From Candidatus Cloacimonadales bacterium (GTDB lineage: Bacteria > Cloacimonadota > Cloacimonadia > Cloacimonadales > WRIO01), in contig JBAZCP010000001.1 in NCBI GenBank assembly GCA_041654875.1, positions 16,408-80,407 on the forward strand: DNA of 64,000 nt. Reading direction: 5' to 3'. Under the pieces are notes generated by a model. The model was not told the DNA's origin. It did no database searches and saw only the letters and a list, made by a program, of their open reading frames with translations. A program made the position numbers and the translations under genes. Numbering within the stretch: position 1 is the first letter of the stretch; each line of letters opens with the position of its first letter. This document shows, in pieces, positions 34,796-45,239 of this stretch.

Positions 34796-36826
34796 ATGAA
34801 AAAGCCAGAACTACTCTTGCCAGCAGGAAATATTGATATGGCTATGTGTGCTTTTGAAGGCGGTGCAGATGCCGTTTATGCCGGTATGCAGCAGTTTAAT
34901 GCAAGACAAAGAGCAAAAAACTTTTCAAAGAATGAAATGGCTTCTTTGATAGAATATGCTCATCAAAACAATAAAAAAGTTTATTTTACTCTGAATACTT
35001 TATTAAAGAATAAAGAAACATATGAATTGGTTGATCTACTTGAAGAACTTAATATTATGAGACCTGATGCTATAATAATTCAAGATTGGGGCGTTTATTA
35101 TCTTATATCTAAGTATTTTAAACAAAATAAAATACATGCAAGTACACAAATGGGAGTTCATAATAGTATTGGTAATGAAGACGCCAAAAACAGAGGCTTT
35201 GAAAGGGTTGTATTAGCACGAGAACTGACATTTCACGAGCTTGAAGAAGTAGCTAAGAAAAAAACAACTCAATTGGAACTCTTTATTCATGGCTCATTAT
35301 GCTATTCAATGTCTGGACATTGCTTGTTTAGTAGTTATTTGGGCGGTATGAGTGCAAACCGTGGGCTTTGTAAACAACCATGTCGCAGGCTTTTTGCTGT
35401 CAGTAAAGAGCAACATTATTTATTTAGTTTAAAAGACTTACAATTGATTGATTATATTCCTGAGATTATTGATTTGGGAATTGAAAGCCTCAAAATAGAG
35501 GGTAGGATGAAATCAGCTGATTATGTTTATAATACTGCACGTGCTTATAGAATGGCTATAGATGATAATAACCGTATAGAAGAAGCAAAAAATATATTAA
35601 ATCGTGATTTAGCACGTGATAAGACAGCATACTTTATGGGTTCAGATATTCACGATATATTTTCCTCGCCGACCGTAGGTGGCTACTTGGGTAAAGTGGA
35701 TAATTTTAATGCCTCCACAAATTCAGATACAAAAATCAGTTTTACAACTGATTTGGATCTGCATGATTATGCTAAAATTCGCATAATAAGTGATAAAAAT
35801 ATAGATTCAGATTTGATAGAAATCAAGAAAATTACAAATAAAGATGAACAGCCTATTGATGAAGCAAAGGCAGGAGAAATGATTAACATCTATTTTAACA
35901 CAAAAAATGATACACATAGGATAGGTATTGACGATGAAATATATTTGGTGTCTGATTTTAAACAAAACATATGCAAATCTCTACCAATAAAAAAATATAA
36001 CCTAACTCACCATAACGCAATAAAAAACAAATTAAAAAAAGAAAAAGATAGTATTGTTTCCAAAAGCACAAATGATGAGCATTTTATGCGTATAGATAAT
36101 CCACACTGGCTCGATATTGTACAAAAGACTGATTTTACTTATCTAATTCTTGCTTTTACTCGAAGAATGTGGCAAGATTTAGATGACTTTACAGAAAAAT
36201 GCGATATGTTTAAAGAGCATATTGTCATCGAATTGCCTTTATTTATGGCTGAAGAGAGCATTGAGCATTGGGCAAATTTAATCAAAGAATATTATCAAAA
36301 AGGTTTTAGATACTTTTCGATAAGCCAAATAAATCAACTTCTCTTACTTAAAGGCTATAAAGATATAAAGATTATAGCGAATGAAAACATATATGCTTTG
36401 AATGATTATAGTATTAAGTTTTTGTATGAAAATAATGTAAATAGGTTTATTTATCCTTTTGAAAATGATTTTGACAACCTCTTTACAGGCATGGATCGTA
36501 GCGGAATTATCCCTCTTTTCTTCTATCCAAAACTCTTCTTTTCACGAATGCCTGTTAACCTAAAACAGAACACAGTTTTTTCCGACATTAAATACGAGTA
36601 TAGTAAATATGTAAAAGACGGAATTACTAATATAGTCTCAAAAAACCCTGTTTCAATTTATCATTATTATGACAAAGTGTATAAAAAAGGGTTTAAACGC
36701 TTTTTGACAGACTTGTCGCTTTGCATGCCAACACGTGTACTTTACAATCAAATAATTAATGGATATTATAATGCAGATAAAATGCCTAATAGTACCGCAT
36801 TTAACTTTAAAAAAGGTTTATGGTAA
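34796..36826 (+). CDS. Peptidase U32 family protein, long form (RlhA/YdcP-like candidate RNA hydroxylase)
   Basis: 676 aa. LLPAGNIDMAMCAFEGGADAVYAG and the conserved Cys cluster HGSLCYSMSGHCLFSSYLGGMSANRGLCKQPCR. The length matches the roughly 650-aa RlhA class rather than the ~330-450-aa U32 proteins. Confidence 0.7.
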   Translation: MKKPELLLPAGNIDMAMCAFEGGADAVYAGMQQFNARQRAKNFSKNEMASLIEYAHQNNKKVYFTLNTLLKNKETYELVDLLEELNIMRPDAIIIQDWGVYYLISKYFKQNKIHASTQMGVHNSIGNEDAKNRGFERVVLARELTFHELEEVAKKKTTQLELFIHGSLCYSMSGHCLFSSYLGGMSANRGLCKQPCRRLFAVSKEQHYLFSLKDLQLIDYIPEIIDLGIESLKIEGRMKSADYVYNTARAYRMAIDDNNRIEEAKNILNRDLARDKTAYFMGSDIHDIFSSPTVGGYLGKVDNFNASTNSDTKISFTTDLDLHDYAKIRIISDKNIDSDLIEIKKITNKDEQPIDEAKAGEMINIYFNTKNDTHRIGIDDEIYLVSDFKQNICKSLPIKKYNLTHHNAIKNKLKKEKDSIVSKSTNDEHFMRIDNPHWLDIVQKTDFTYLILAFTRRMWQDLDDFTEKCDMFKEHIVIELPLFMAEESIEHWANLIKEYYQKGFRYFSISQINQLLLLKGYKDIKIIANENIYALNDYSIKFLYENNVNRFIYPFENDFDNLFTGMDRSGIIPLFFYPKLFFSRMPVNLKQNTVFSDIKYEYSKYVKDGITNIVSKNPVSIYHYYDKVYKKGFKRFLTDLSLCMPTRVLYNQIINGYYNADKMPNSTAFNFKKGLW

Positions 36827-36830
36827 ATAA

Positions 36831-39005
36831 ATGAATTGGATAACAAAACTCTCAGAAACACTAAAGATAAAACCATGGCAGGTAGATAAAACAATCGAGC
36901 TGATTATTGACGACAAGACAATTCCGTTTATTGCACGATATCGAAAAGAGCAGACAGGCGAGCTGGATGAGATAAAAATTCGTGAAATATTTGATGAATA
37001 TCATGTTCAAGAAAAGCTTTCAGAGAGAAAAAAAGAAGTATTACAAAGCCTTGAAAATCAAAAAGTTTTGAGCGATGAGCTAAAAAAAGCTGTTGAGTTA
37101 TCTGAGTCTCTAAAAGATTTAGAGGAAGTCTATTTACCATATAAGAAAAAACAAAAAACACGAGCTGATCTTGCGATAGAAAAGGGCTTAAAGCCCCTTG
37201 CTGAATGGCTTTGGGATGCTAAATCTGTCGATGATGAATATGTAATGAGATTTAAAAGTGAAGAACATTCTTTGCTCAATAAAGAAGATATTCTCAATAC
37301 AGCTATTGATATTCTTGCAGAGGAAATCTCATATAATACCCAAATAAGGGATTTTGTCAGAGACAATATATTTAGAAATGGCATAATAGAGACTAATAAA
37401 AACGACAAAATTGAAGATGAAAAAGAAGTCTATAAAAGTTATTATGATAATTCATTCAGGATATATTCTATTCCAGAATGGCGTGTTTTAGCAATCAATA
37501 GGGCAGAAAAAGAAAAAATAATCAAAGTAAAAATACAAATAGATTGGTCAAGATTTAATTTATATCTCACAAGAAAAACGGGTGAAGAAAATATGGAGGG
37601 TCTTGTACTTATGTTGATGAAATTAGCCAAAATAAGAAGTACACATCCATATATTCAACTATTCCAAACAATGACAAAAGACAGCTTGAAGAGATTGATA
37701 TTGCCTGCTATTGAGCGTGAGGTACGTACTGATTTGACAGAAAAAGCAGAGAATAGGTCAGTATCAATTTTTCAAAATAACCTCAGACATTTATTACTAA
37801 CACCACCTCTCAAAAAAACAAGAATATTGGCAATAGACCCAGGATATAGAACTGGTTGTAAAGTAGCAATAATCGACGAAAATGGAGTGTATCATGATAA
37901 TGCAAATATATATCCTACACCGCCATTTAAAAAGATAATCGAAGCAGAAAAGATACTGGATAGACTTATTAAAATATACGAGATAAAACTGATAGCAATA
38001 GGTAATGGCACAGCATCGCGAGAAACCGAGAGCTTTGTGAGTGAATTTTTAAAAAAATACCCAGAAATGAAGTATATCATTGTTTCAGAGGCAGGTGCAT
38101 CTGTTTATTCAGCGTCAACTGCAGGTATAGAAGAATTTCCTGAGCTTGACGTAACTGTACGTGGTGCTATATCTATTGGCAGGCGTGTTCAAGACATGTT
38201 AAATGAGCTTGTAAAAATTCCGCCTGAATCAATTGGTGTTGGTATGTATCAGCATGATATATCAACAAATGTTTTAAAGCAAAAACTATCTTTGGAAACA
38301 GAATCTGTAGTCAATTTATTGGGAGTCGATATCAATACCGCTTCTGAGTATTTGTTGCAATATATATCAGGATTAAATAAGAAAACAGCAAAAAATATAG
38401 TTGAGTATCGTCAAAAAAATGGACTTTTTAAAAAGCGCTCTGAATTAAGAAAAGTAAAAGGTATTGGAGATAAAACTTATGAGCTTGCAGCAGGTTTTTG
38501 TCGTGTGCCAGAATCAAATAACCCATTAGATAATACCACAATACATCCAGAATCTTATCAGCAGGCAGAGAATATTATAAAATATGTAGGCTTTACGTTG
38601 TCAAATATAAATAATAACAGAAAAGACTTACTGGAAGCACTTAATAAGCAGTTCTATAAGACAATAGCACAAAACCTGTTGATATCTGATGTTTTGGTCA
38701 AAGACATAATATCCGCTTTGTCAAATGTGAATATTGACCCACGAGATGAGTTCCCCCAGATAAAGCTAAAGAGTGAAGTTAATTCTTTTGAATCCCTATT
38801 AATTGGCACACAACTCGAAGGTATTGTGAGAAATATTACAGACTTTGGTATTTTTATTGATATTGGCGTTGGCTATGATGGGTTAGCCTATCGCTCTACA
38901 TTTACTGATTATCAAACAACTAATTATTATCCTGGACAAATAGTTAAAGTTGAAATAATTAGTTTAGATGAAAAGAATAAAAAGAGTGGATTAAAACTAT
39001 TATAA
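36831..39005 (+). CDS. tex: Transcription accessory protein Tex (YqgF/HhH/S1 domains)
   Basis: 724 aa. IPFIARYRKEQTG, YqgF-like ILAIDPGYRTGCKVAIIDENG, and C-terminal S1 GTQLEGIVRNITDFGIFIDIG. Confidence 0.9.
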   Translation: MNWITKLSETLKIKPWQVDKTIELIIDDKTIPFIARYRKEQTGELDEIKIREIFDEYHVQEKLSERKKEVLQSLENQKVLSDELKKAVELSESLKDLEEVYLPYKKKQKTRADLAIEKGLKPLAEWLWDAKSVDDEYVMRFKSEEHSLLNKEDILNTAIDILAEEISYNTQIRDFVRDNIFRNGIIETNKNDKIEDEKEVYKSYYDNSFRIYSIPEWRVLAINRAEKEKIIKVKIQIDWSRFNLYLTRKTGEENMEGLVLMLMKLAKIRSTHPYIQLFQTMTKDSLKRLILPAIEREVRTDLTEKAENRSVSIFQNNLRHLLLTPPLKKTRILAIDPGYRTGCKVAIIDENGVYHDNANIYPTPPFKKIIEAEKILDRLIKIYEIKLIAIGNGTASRETESFVSEFLKKYPEMKYIIVSEAGASVYSASTAGIEEFPELDVTVRGAISIGRRVQDMLNELVKIPPESIGVGMYQHDISTNVLKQKLSLETESVVNLLGVDINTASEYLLQYISGLNKKTAKNIVEYRQKNGLFKKRSELRKVKGIGDKTYELAAGFCRVPESNNPLDNTTIHPESYQQAENIIKYVGFTLSNINNNRKDLLEALNKQFYKTIAQNLLISDVLVKDIISALSNVNIDPRDEFPQIKLKSEVNSFESLLIGTQLEGIVRNITDFGIFIDIGVGYDGLAYRSTFTDYQTTNYYPGQIVKVEIISLDEKNKKSGLKLL

Positions 39006-39015
39006 AGGAGGCAAT

Positions 39016-40107
39016 ATGTCAAAAGTATACTTTTTAACCTCACGTGTTCACAACAGATTAAGCTTGATCAATAGATATACCAACTTTTTAAAAGACTTGG
39101 ATCTGCCATTCTTGGCAAAAGATAAGCAAATACTGATAAAAACGCATTTTGGTGAAGATGGAAACACCGCTTATATAAACCCACAATATATTAGAAAAAC
39201 TGTTGATTGGATCAAAAGTAAGAATGCATTGCCTTATATTGGTGATTCAAGTACACTTTACAAAGGAAGACGTAACAAAGCAATAAGTCATCTTGAGTTA
39301 GCGTTGGAACATGGCTTTTCTTATGCTTCAGTAAATGCACCATTAGTGATTTTAGATGGTATAAAAAGTGACTATTATAAGACTTATGATTTGAATGGAA
39401 AGCATTTTAAAGATGTACAAATAGTTGGAGCTTTAGGTGCAACAGATGGTGCTGTGATTATGTCTCATGTAAAAGGGCACGGTCTCACAGGTATGGGTGC
39501 TGCAATAAAGAATTTAGCTATGGGCTTGGCAAATAGAACACAAAAACAGCGTATGCATGGAGATATAAAGCCTCTCTTCGAAAAAAGTAAATGCATAGCA
39601 TGTCATGAATGTATTCGTGTTTGCCCTGTCAATGCTGTATCTGGAAAAAGTAGTGATATTATTATTGATTTAGATATTTGTATTGGCTGTGCAGAGTGTA
39701 TTACTCATTGTCCTACTCAAGCTATGAAACTTTTGTGGAATGAAACCCCCTCTATTTTATCAGAAAAAATGGCTGAAACTGCATTAGCAGCAGTTAATAT
39801 CCTCGATAGAAAGCTAATTTATATGAATTTCATGCTAAATATAACACCAAACTGCGATTGCGATGGAGCCGTTGATAACTCTATAGTTAATGATATTGGG
39901 CTTTTGATTAGCGAAGATCCAATAGCAATTGACAAAGCATCTTTGGATATGGTAAATAAACAAGTACCATTAAGCAATTCATCAATTTCTGGCTGTTCAG
40001 GTGAAGTATTCAAAAATGTTCACCCCAAAGTTGATGCTCTCAGGCAATTATCATATGGTGCAGAAATTGGACTTGGTTCAATGGAATATGAATTGATCGA
40101 AGTATAA
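39016..40107 (+). CDS. DUF362-domain iron-sulfur protein with 2x[4Fe-4S] ferredoxin insert
   Basis: 363 aa. CIACHECIRVCP and CIGCAECITHCP clusters. KTHFGEDGN and the late NCDCDG motif are typical of DUF362. Confidence 0.7.
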   Translation: MSKVYFLTSRVHNRLSLINRYTNFLKDLDLPFLAKDKQILIKTHFGEDGNTAYINPQYIRKTVDWIKSKNALPYIGDSSTLYKGRRNKAISHLELALEHGFSYASVNAPLVILDGIKSDYYKTYDLNGKHFKDVQIVGALGATDGAVIMSHVKGHGLTGMGAAIKNLAMGLANRTQKQRMHGDIKPLFEKSKCIACHECIRVCPVNAVSGKSSDIIIDLDICIGCAECITHCPTQAMKLLWNETPSILSEKMAETALAAVNILDRKLIYMNFMLNITPNCDCDGAVDNSIVNDIGLLISEDPIAIDKASLDMVNKQVPLSNSSISGCSGEVFKNVHPKVDALRQLSYGAEIGLGSMEYELIEV

Positions 40108-40109
40108 CA

Positions 40110-41183
40110 ATGCTAATAAAATACGCTTCTGACAACCCTTTATCACTCAAAGATCTTGTACCAAGTAAGATACTTATTGTCCAGACAGCTTTTATTGGTG
40201 ATGTTGTCTTAATCACTCCTTTGATTAGAGAGAGTGCTAAATTATTTCCACATGCTTTGATTGATGTGATGATAATACCAAGCACAGCACCATTATTAGC
40301 CAATAACCCATATATAAATGAATTAATAGTGTATGATAAAAGAGTAAAAGGTGAGTTTATAAAAATAGTTAAAATATTGAGACAGAACAATTATGATATT
40401 GCAATTACGCCACATAGCTCAACTCGTACCGCTATCCTCCTTTTGTTTGCACGCATTAAGATTAGAATTGGCTATAACCGTTGGTTTGCAAGACATTTTT
40501 TGACACATAGAAAATGTCATGCAATGAAATTAAATCATATACCGCATAAAATTGAAAAGCTGCTTAATTTATTATCATTATTTACAAACAAAAGACTAAA
40601 TATGCAGACTGAGCTCTATCCAAGTACAAATGATTTTGATTATGCTGACAAGCAATTAGCAAATAATACCCAAAAAAGAAAGATTATACTTATTGCACCT
40701 GGCTCTGTTTGGGACACAAAGAGGTGGGATGATAGTCACTTTGTAACTCTTATAGACAGCTTATTAGAAAATGACTTTTTTATTATACTTAGCGGCAGCC
40801 CAAGCGAACAAATGCTGTGCGATTCTATTGTGAATAGATTAGAAAAAAAAGAAGATGGAAATATTATTAATATTAGCGGTAAAACTACTTTACTGGAAAC
40901 AGCAGCTTTGATGAAGTCTTGTGACTTAGTTATATGCAATGATAGTGGAACTTTACATATGGCTAATGCTATGCAAGTTAAAGTGTTTGCTTTTTTTGGT
41001 CCTACAGTACAGAGATTTGGTTACTATCCATTTAGAGAAGGGGATTTTGTGTTTGAAATCGATTTAACATGTCGCCCTTGTGGTGGGCATGGAGGCAAAT
41101 CTTGCCCTTTGAAACATCATAATTGCATGAAAAATATTGAACCAAATGTTGTTTTGCAGAAAGTATTAGAGAGTTTTTCATAA
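40110..41183 (+). CDS. Family 9 glycosyltransferase (LPS heptosyltransferase)
   Basis: 357 aa. ILIVQTAFIGDVVLITPLI and ICNDSGTLHMANAM. Confidence 0.85.
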   Translation: MLIKYASDNPLSLKDLVPSKILIVQTAFIGDVVLITPLIRESAKLFPHALIDVMIIPSTAPLLANNPYINELIVYDKRVKGEFIKIVKILRQNNYDIAITPHSSTRTAILLLFARIKIRIGYNRWFARHFLTHRKCHAMKLNHIPHKIEKLLNLLSLFTNKRLNMQTELYPSTNDFDYADKQLANNTQKRKIILIAPGSVWDTKRWDDSHFVTLIDSLLENDFFIILSGSPSEQMLCDSIVNRLEKKEDGNIINISGKTTLLETAALMKSCDLVICNDSGTLHMANAMQVKVFAFFGPTVQRFGYYPFREGDFVFEIDLTCRPCGGHGGKSCPLKHHNCMKNIEPNVVLQKVLESFS

Positions 41184-41186
41184 GCT

Positions 41187-42251
41187 ATGGTACTATCATA
41201 CCTTCTTTTAAAGTATCCGTATAAGTTGGCTTGGAACGCTTTGAACATTATTAAAGAAAGAAAACAAAGCGTTTTCTATGCTGAAGACTATCTTGATATG
41301 GTTGTGTTTAAATCAGTACAAAAATATTTAGCTGAATTGCCTATAGTTGCAAAAAACAAAGTAGTTGCCAATAGCTTTCAACCTGCATATAATCCCATGA
41401 AAATTTATCCTGTATATCCAAAAGCAATCATCACTTGCAGGCATGTATGCCACAAATTCCCAGAAAAGAGAATTGTTAAGTTTGGTATGAGACATGGAGC
41501 TTACCATTTTAAAAGGTTGACTAATGCGAATAATTACAATGCTTTTACAAAGTATTTTATGACAAGCCAACATGAAGTAGATATAGCCAAAAAAATCGGT
41601 ATAAATACTGCAGTAGCTGTTGGGTATCCAAAACTCGATCCTGCATTTAATGGTGAGATCAGCCAGCAAGACTTATCTATATTATCAAATCATTTGGGCT
41701 TTTCGAACAATAAGAAAAGTGTCTTATTTACAGCTACTTGGGATAAATCTGGCATGTCTGCTATAGATGCATGGATTGATAAACTTGATAGCTTAACAGA
41801 AGCTTTTAATGTAATGGTTACTGTGCATCCGTGGACTTCTACTCATTATAAAAAAAAGCTTATAGAAAGTCAAAATATACACTTTTTAAGTACATCTGAC
41901 ACTTTAGCATATCTGATGCTTGCAGATTGTGTAGTTGGTGATACAAGCTCTATTTTAGCGGAAGCATGTGCTTTAGATAAACCAATCATCACATATGAAA
42001 CAAAAGAAACGAAAAGAAGTCTTGATGAAATATCTGACTTGATAAAAAGCATTTCCTATCAGATTGACCCATCGCAAGATATCTTAAACTACTTGAATTT
42101 TGCAATAGAAAACAAAGACGAATTTAGGGATAATCGCCAAAAAGCAAATATTATTATGTTTGATAAACTCGATGGTAAAGCAGGGGAGAGAGCTGCAAAG
42201 ATTATTTTGGAGTATTTACCTGAATTAGATAAAAGATGCATAGATAGCTGA
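41187..42251 (+). CDS. CDP-glycerol glycerophosphotransferase (TagB/TagF)-like protein
   Basis: 354 aa. LFTATWDKSG, VTVHPWT and VVGDTSSILAEACALDKPIITYE parallel the C-terminal half of the 773-aa fusion. Confidence 0.55.
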   Translation: MVLSYLLLKYPYKLAWNALNIIKERKQSVFYAEDYLDMVVFKSVQKYLAELPIVAKNKVVANSFQPAYNPMKIYPVYPKAIITCRHVCHKFPEKRIVKFGMRHGAYHFKRLTNANNYNAFTKYFMTSQHEVDIAKKIGINTAVAVGYPKLDPAFNGEISQQDLSILSNHLGFSNNKKSVLFTATWDKSGMSAIDAWIDKLDSLTEAFNVMVTVHPWTSTHYKKKLIESQNIHFLSTSDTLAYLMLADCVVGDTSSILAEACALDKPIITYETKETKRSLDEISDLIKSISYQIDPSQDILNYLNFAIENKDEFRDNRQKANIIMFDKLDGKAGERAAKIILEYLPELDKRCIDS

Positions 42252-42408
42252 CAATAGATACTTTAAATAGATTGTTTATATTAATTATTAGATCAGTATT
42301 TGCTTGCTTTTTAGATAAAATAGGATTATATTATATTTATTGAAAAATATATTTACAAAATAACGATATTAATTTTTATTGTACTTAAGTATTAAGTAAG
42401 GAGAAAAT

Positions 42409-42771
42409 ATGTTAAGAACACTGTTGTTGAGTAAGATACACAGAGCAACTATAACACAAACTGACTTGCAATATCACGGCAGTATTACAATAGATAAAAA
42501 TCTGATTGAAGCTGTCGGCTTGAAGCCTTATGAAAAAGTTGAAATATTCAATGTACAAAATGGGAATCGCTTCGAAACCTATGTAATTGAAGGAGAAAGA
42601 GGCTCGGGTATTATTGGCATAAATGGTGCCGCTGCAAGACTTGTTCATCGTGGTGATCAAGTAATTATTGTTAACTATGGTATCTTTAACGAAGAAGAAG
42701 CAAAGAATCACAAACCAAAAGTCATAATTTTAAATGAAAAGAATGAAATAGAGGAAAGGGTAAAAACATGA
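42409..42771 (+). CDS. panD: Aspartate 1-decarboxylase proenzyme
   Basis: 120 aa. KIHRATITQTDLQYHGSITID (self-cleaving Gly-Ser). AAGGAG RBS. Confidence 0.95.
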   Translation: MLRTLLLSKIHRATITQTDLQYHGSITIDKNLIEAVGLKPYEKVEIFNVQNGNRFETYVIEGERGSGIIGINGAAARLVHRGDQVIIVNYGIFNEEEAKNHKPKVIILNEKNEIEERVKT

Positions 42772-43622
42772 AGGATAGTATAAGAGTAATTGACTCTATC
42801 CAAGAAATGCGAGAGTATCGTAGCCTGATATATGAAACAAAGAATATTGGTTTTGTACCAACAATGGGCTATTTACATGAAGGGCATTTAAGCCTTGTAG
42901 AACAATCAAATAAGGAATCTGATATAACAATTGTTAGTATATATGTAAATCCCACTCAGTTTGGAGAAAATGAAGACTTGCAGACTTATCCACGTGATAT
43001 TGATCGAGATTTAGATTTGTTATGCAAGTATAATGTAGATGCCGTGTTTTATCCGAATAATAAAGAAATGTACCCAGAAGGCTATCTTACTTGGGTCGAA
43101 GTTGAAAAGCTATCGAGCCTATATTGTGGAAGAAGCAGACCTACACACTTTAAAGGAGTAAGCACAATTGTTTCAAAGCTCATAAATATTGTAAGACCTC
43201 TATACTTATATATGGGAGAAAAAGACTTTCAGCAAATTGCAGTATTAAAAAAAATGATCGAAGACCTTAATTATGATACTTATATACGTCCATGTCCGAT
43301 TGTACGCGAGATTGATGGGCTTGCGTTAAGCTCACGCAACGCTTATCTTAATGAAAAAGAAAGACGTAACGCACTGAGCCTTTATGAAGCACAAATTCTG
43401 GCAAAAGAGATGATTTACAAAGGAGAAAGAAATATAGATACAGTGATTTCAAAAATGAGAAAATTAATCAATGAAAAAGATGGAAGAATTGACTATATAG
43501 AATTTGTTGACCCTCATACTTTGGAATTAAAAGCTGATTTAATCGGCACACTCCGCGTGTTAATGGCTGTTTATATCGGTAAAACAAGACTTATTGATAA
43601 CTTTGAAATAACAATTAATTAA
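42768..43622 (+). CDS. panC: Pantoate-beta-alanine ligase
   Basis: 284 aa. FVPTMGYLHEGHLSL and FGEKDFQQ-like GEKDFQQ. 4-nt overlap with panD. Confidence 0.95.
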   Translation: MKDSIRVIDSIQEMREYRSLIYETKNIGFVPTMGYLHEGHLSLVEQSNKESDITIVSIYVNPTQFGENEDLQTYPRDIDRDLDLLCKYNVDAVFYPNNKEMYPEGYLTWVEVEKLSSLYCGRSRPTHFKGVSTIVSKLINIVRPLYLYMGEKDFQQIAVLKKMIEDLNYDTYIRPCPIVREIDGLALSSRNAYLNEKERRNALSLYEAQILAKEMIYKGERNIDTVISKMRKLINEKDGRIDYIEFVDPHTLELKADLIGTLRVLMAVYIGKTRLIDNFEITIN

Positions 43623-44849
43623 ATGAATTTAATAGTAAAAAAGTTTGGTGGCTCATCTGTTGCCACAATTGAAAGAATAAAAGCCATTGCTGCACATTTA
43701 GCAGAAGAAAAGAAAAAAAATGTCAATATGGTCGTGGTAGTATCAGCAATGTCTAAGACGACTGATCAATTGATATCACTTGCTAAAGAAATTACACCAA
43801 AACCTAATGCCCGCGAGCTCGATATGTTGCTAACTGCAGGCGAAAGAGTAACAATGTCACTTTTATCTCTTGCTTTGCATGAATTGGGTATTTCATCAAT
43901 TTCTTTCACAGGATCACAAAGTGGCATAATTACAAATTCATCTCATGGAAATGCACGAATACAAACAGTAAATGCTTTTCGAATTAAAGAAGAGCTTGAT
44001 AAAGGAAAACTTGTAATCGTTGCTGGCTTTCAAGGTGTTAGTCGTGAAAAAGAAATAACAACATTGGGAAGAGGTGGATCTGATACGAGTGCAATAGCAT
44101 TATCTTGTTATCTAAAAGCCTCAAAATGTGAGATTTATACCGATGTAGATGCTGTTTATTCAGCAGACCCACATGTTGTTAGTACTGCTCAAGCACACAA
44201 AAGAATTTCATACGAGCAAATGCTATATCTGGGATATAAGGGTTCAAGCGTTTTACAACCACGCGCTATCGAATTTGCTTATAAATATAAGATCGCTGTA
44301 GAAGTAAAATCTTCTTTTACGTTTAAGGAGGGAACTATGATTGAAAATATGGAGACAAATCAAATAAAAGCAATAGCACACAAAGAAAACTTGCTAATGG
44401 TGGAAGTCAAATGCTCTTGTGAAGATATACCTTACTTATTAAAATCCTTAAAAACAAATATATACGACTATTATATACATTTGTGTAATTTTACTTTTTT
44501 AATAGAAGAAAGCGAGTTAGATTCACTCAAAGCTGATATTTTTGATTTTTATCTAAAGCGTAGTGATATAAATCTATCTGACAAAGAAATAAGGGTAGAA
44601 TCACTTAAAATTGATATAGAGGTACAAAAAATATTCGAAAGCCCAATTAGATTTACTTCTATTGCACTTACTGGATATAGTTTAGCATATGATAATGAAT
44701 TTGCAGCAAAAATTGTCGATCTATTACATAAAGAAGAGATATTGGTTTATGAACTTAAAAATGATGGAATTGGACTTAGCTTTTTAATTGAACAAAAATA
44801 CTTCCAAGAAGCACTTTTAATTCTACATAAATATTTTGTTGAGGTTTAG
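43623..44849 (+). CDS. lysC: Aspartate kinase
   Basis: 408 aa. VKKFGGSSV, VVVVSAM, GRGGSDTSA, and a divergent C-terminal ACT region. Confidence 0.9.
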   Translation: MNLIVKKFGGSSVATIERIKAIAAHLAEEKKKNVNMVVVVSAMSKTTDQLISLAKEITPKPNARELDMLLTAGERVTMSLLSLALHELGISSISFTGSQSGIITNSSHGNARIQTVNAFRIKEELDKGKLVIVAGFQGVSREKEITTLGRGGSDTSAIALSCYLKASKCEIYTDVDAVYSADPHVVSTAQAHKRISYEQMLYLGYKGSSVLQPRAIEFAYKYKIAVEVKSSFTFKEGTMIENMETNQIKAIAHKENLLMVEVKCSCEDIPYLLKSLKTNIYDYYIHLCNFTFLIEESELDSLKADIFDFYLKRSDINLSDKEIRVESLKIDIEVQKIFESPIRFTSIALTGYSLAYDNEFAAKIVDLLHKEEILVYELKNDGIGLSFLIEQKYFQEALLILHKYFVEV

Positions 44850-44853
44850 AAGT

Positions 44854-45216
44854 ATGGAGAATATTGTTTTATTGATAGAAGATGATGAAACATTATGTGA
44901 GCTTGTTGCAGAGATGTTTAATTTATTAAAAACACCTTTACTAACAGCATACACAATGAATGAAGCCGTGCAAATCTTTGAAGAAAATCAAGATAAAATA
45001 GCTTTAGCAATATTTGATATGAATCTTGACGAATCATCTGGAATCGACGTATATGAAGCTTTGAAAGAAAAGGGAAAAGATTTTGTGGCAATATTGGCAT
45101 CAGGTATGTTTTTAGAAGATGATAAAGATACTTATATTGAAATGGGGTTTACTGAGATTATAGCTAAACCATTTAGCTTGGCAGACATAAGAAGAATAAT
45201 AAGTACATACTTATAA
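44854..45216 (+). CDS. Stand-alone response-regulator receiver domain (CheY-like)
   Basis: The ATG at 44854 (GAGGT RBS at 44841) gives MENIVLLIEDDE. Phospho-acceptor context AIFDMNL, and AKPF near the C-terminus. The track start at 44836 would overlap the lysC stop. Confidence 0.8.
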   Translation: MENIVLLIEDDETLCELVAEMFNLLKTPLLTAYTMNEAVQIFEENQDKIALAIFDMNLDESSGIDVYEALKEKGKDFVAILASGMFLEDDKDTYIEMGFTEIIAKPFSLADIRRIISTYL

Positions 45217-45239
45217 TGGTTATTTATAAAGGAGTATAG

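Noticed and set aside
40040-40390. 116-aa minus-strand ORF spanning the DUF362/GT9 junction
   Set aside because: It is antisense to two motif-supported genes. It has hydrophobic low-complexity sequence typical of AT-rich antisense frames and no RBS.
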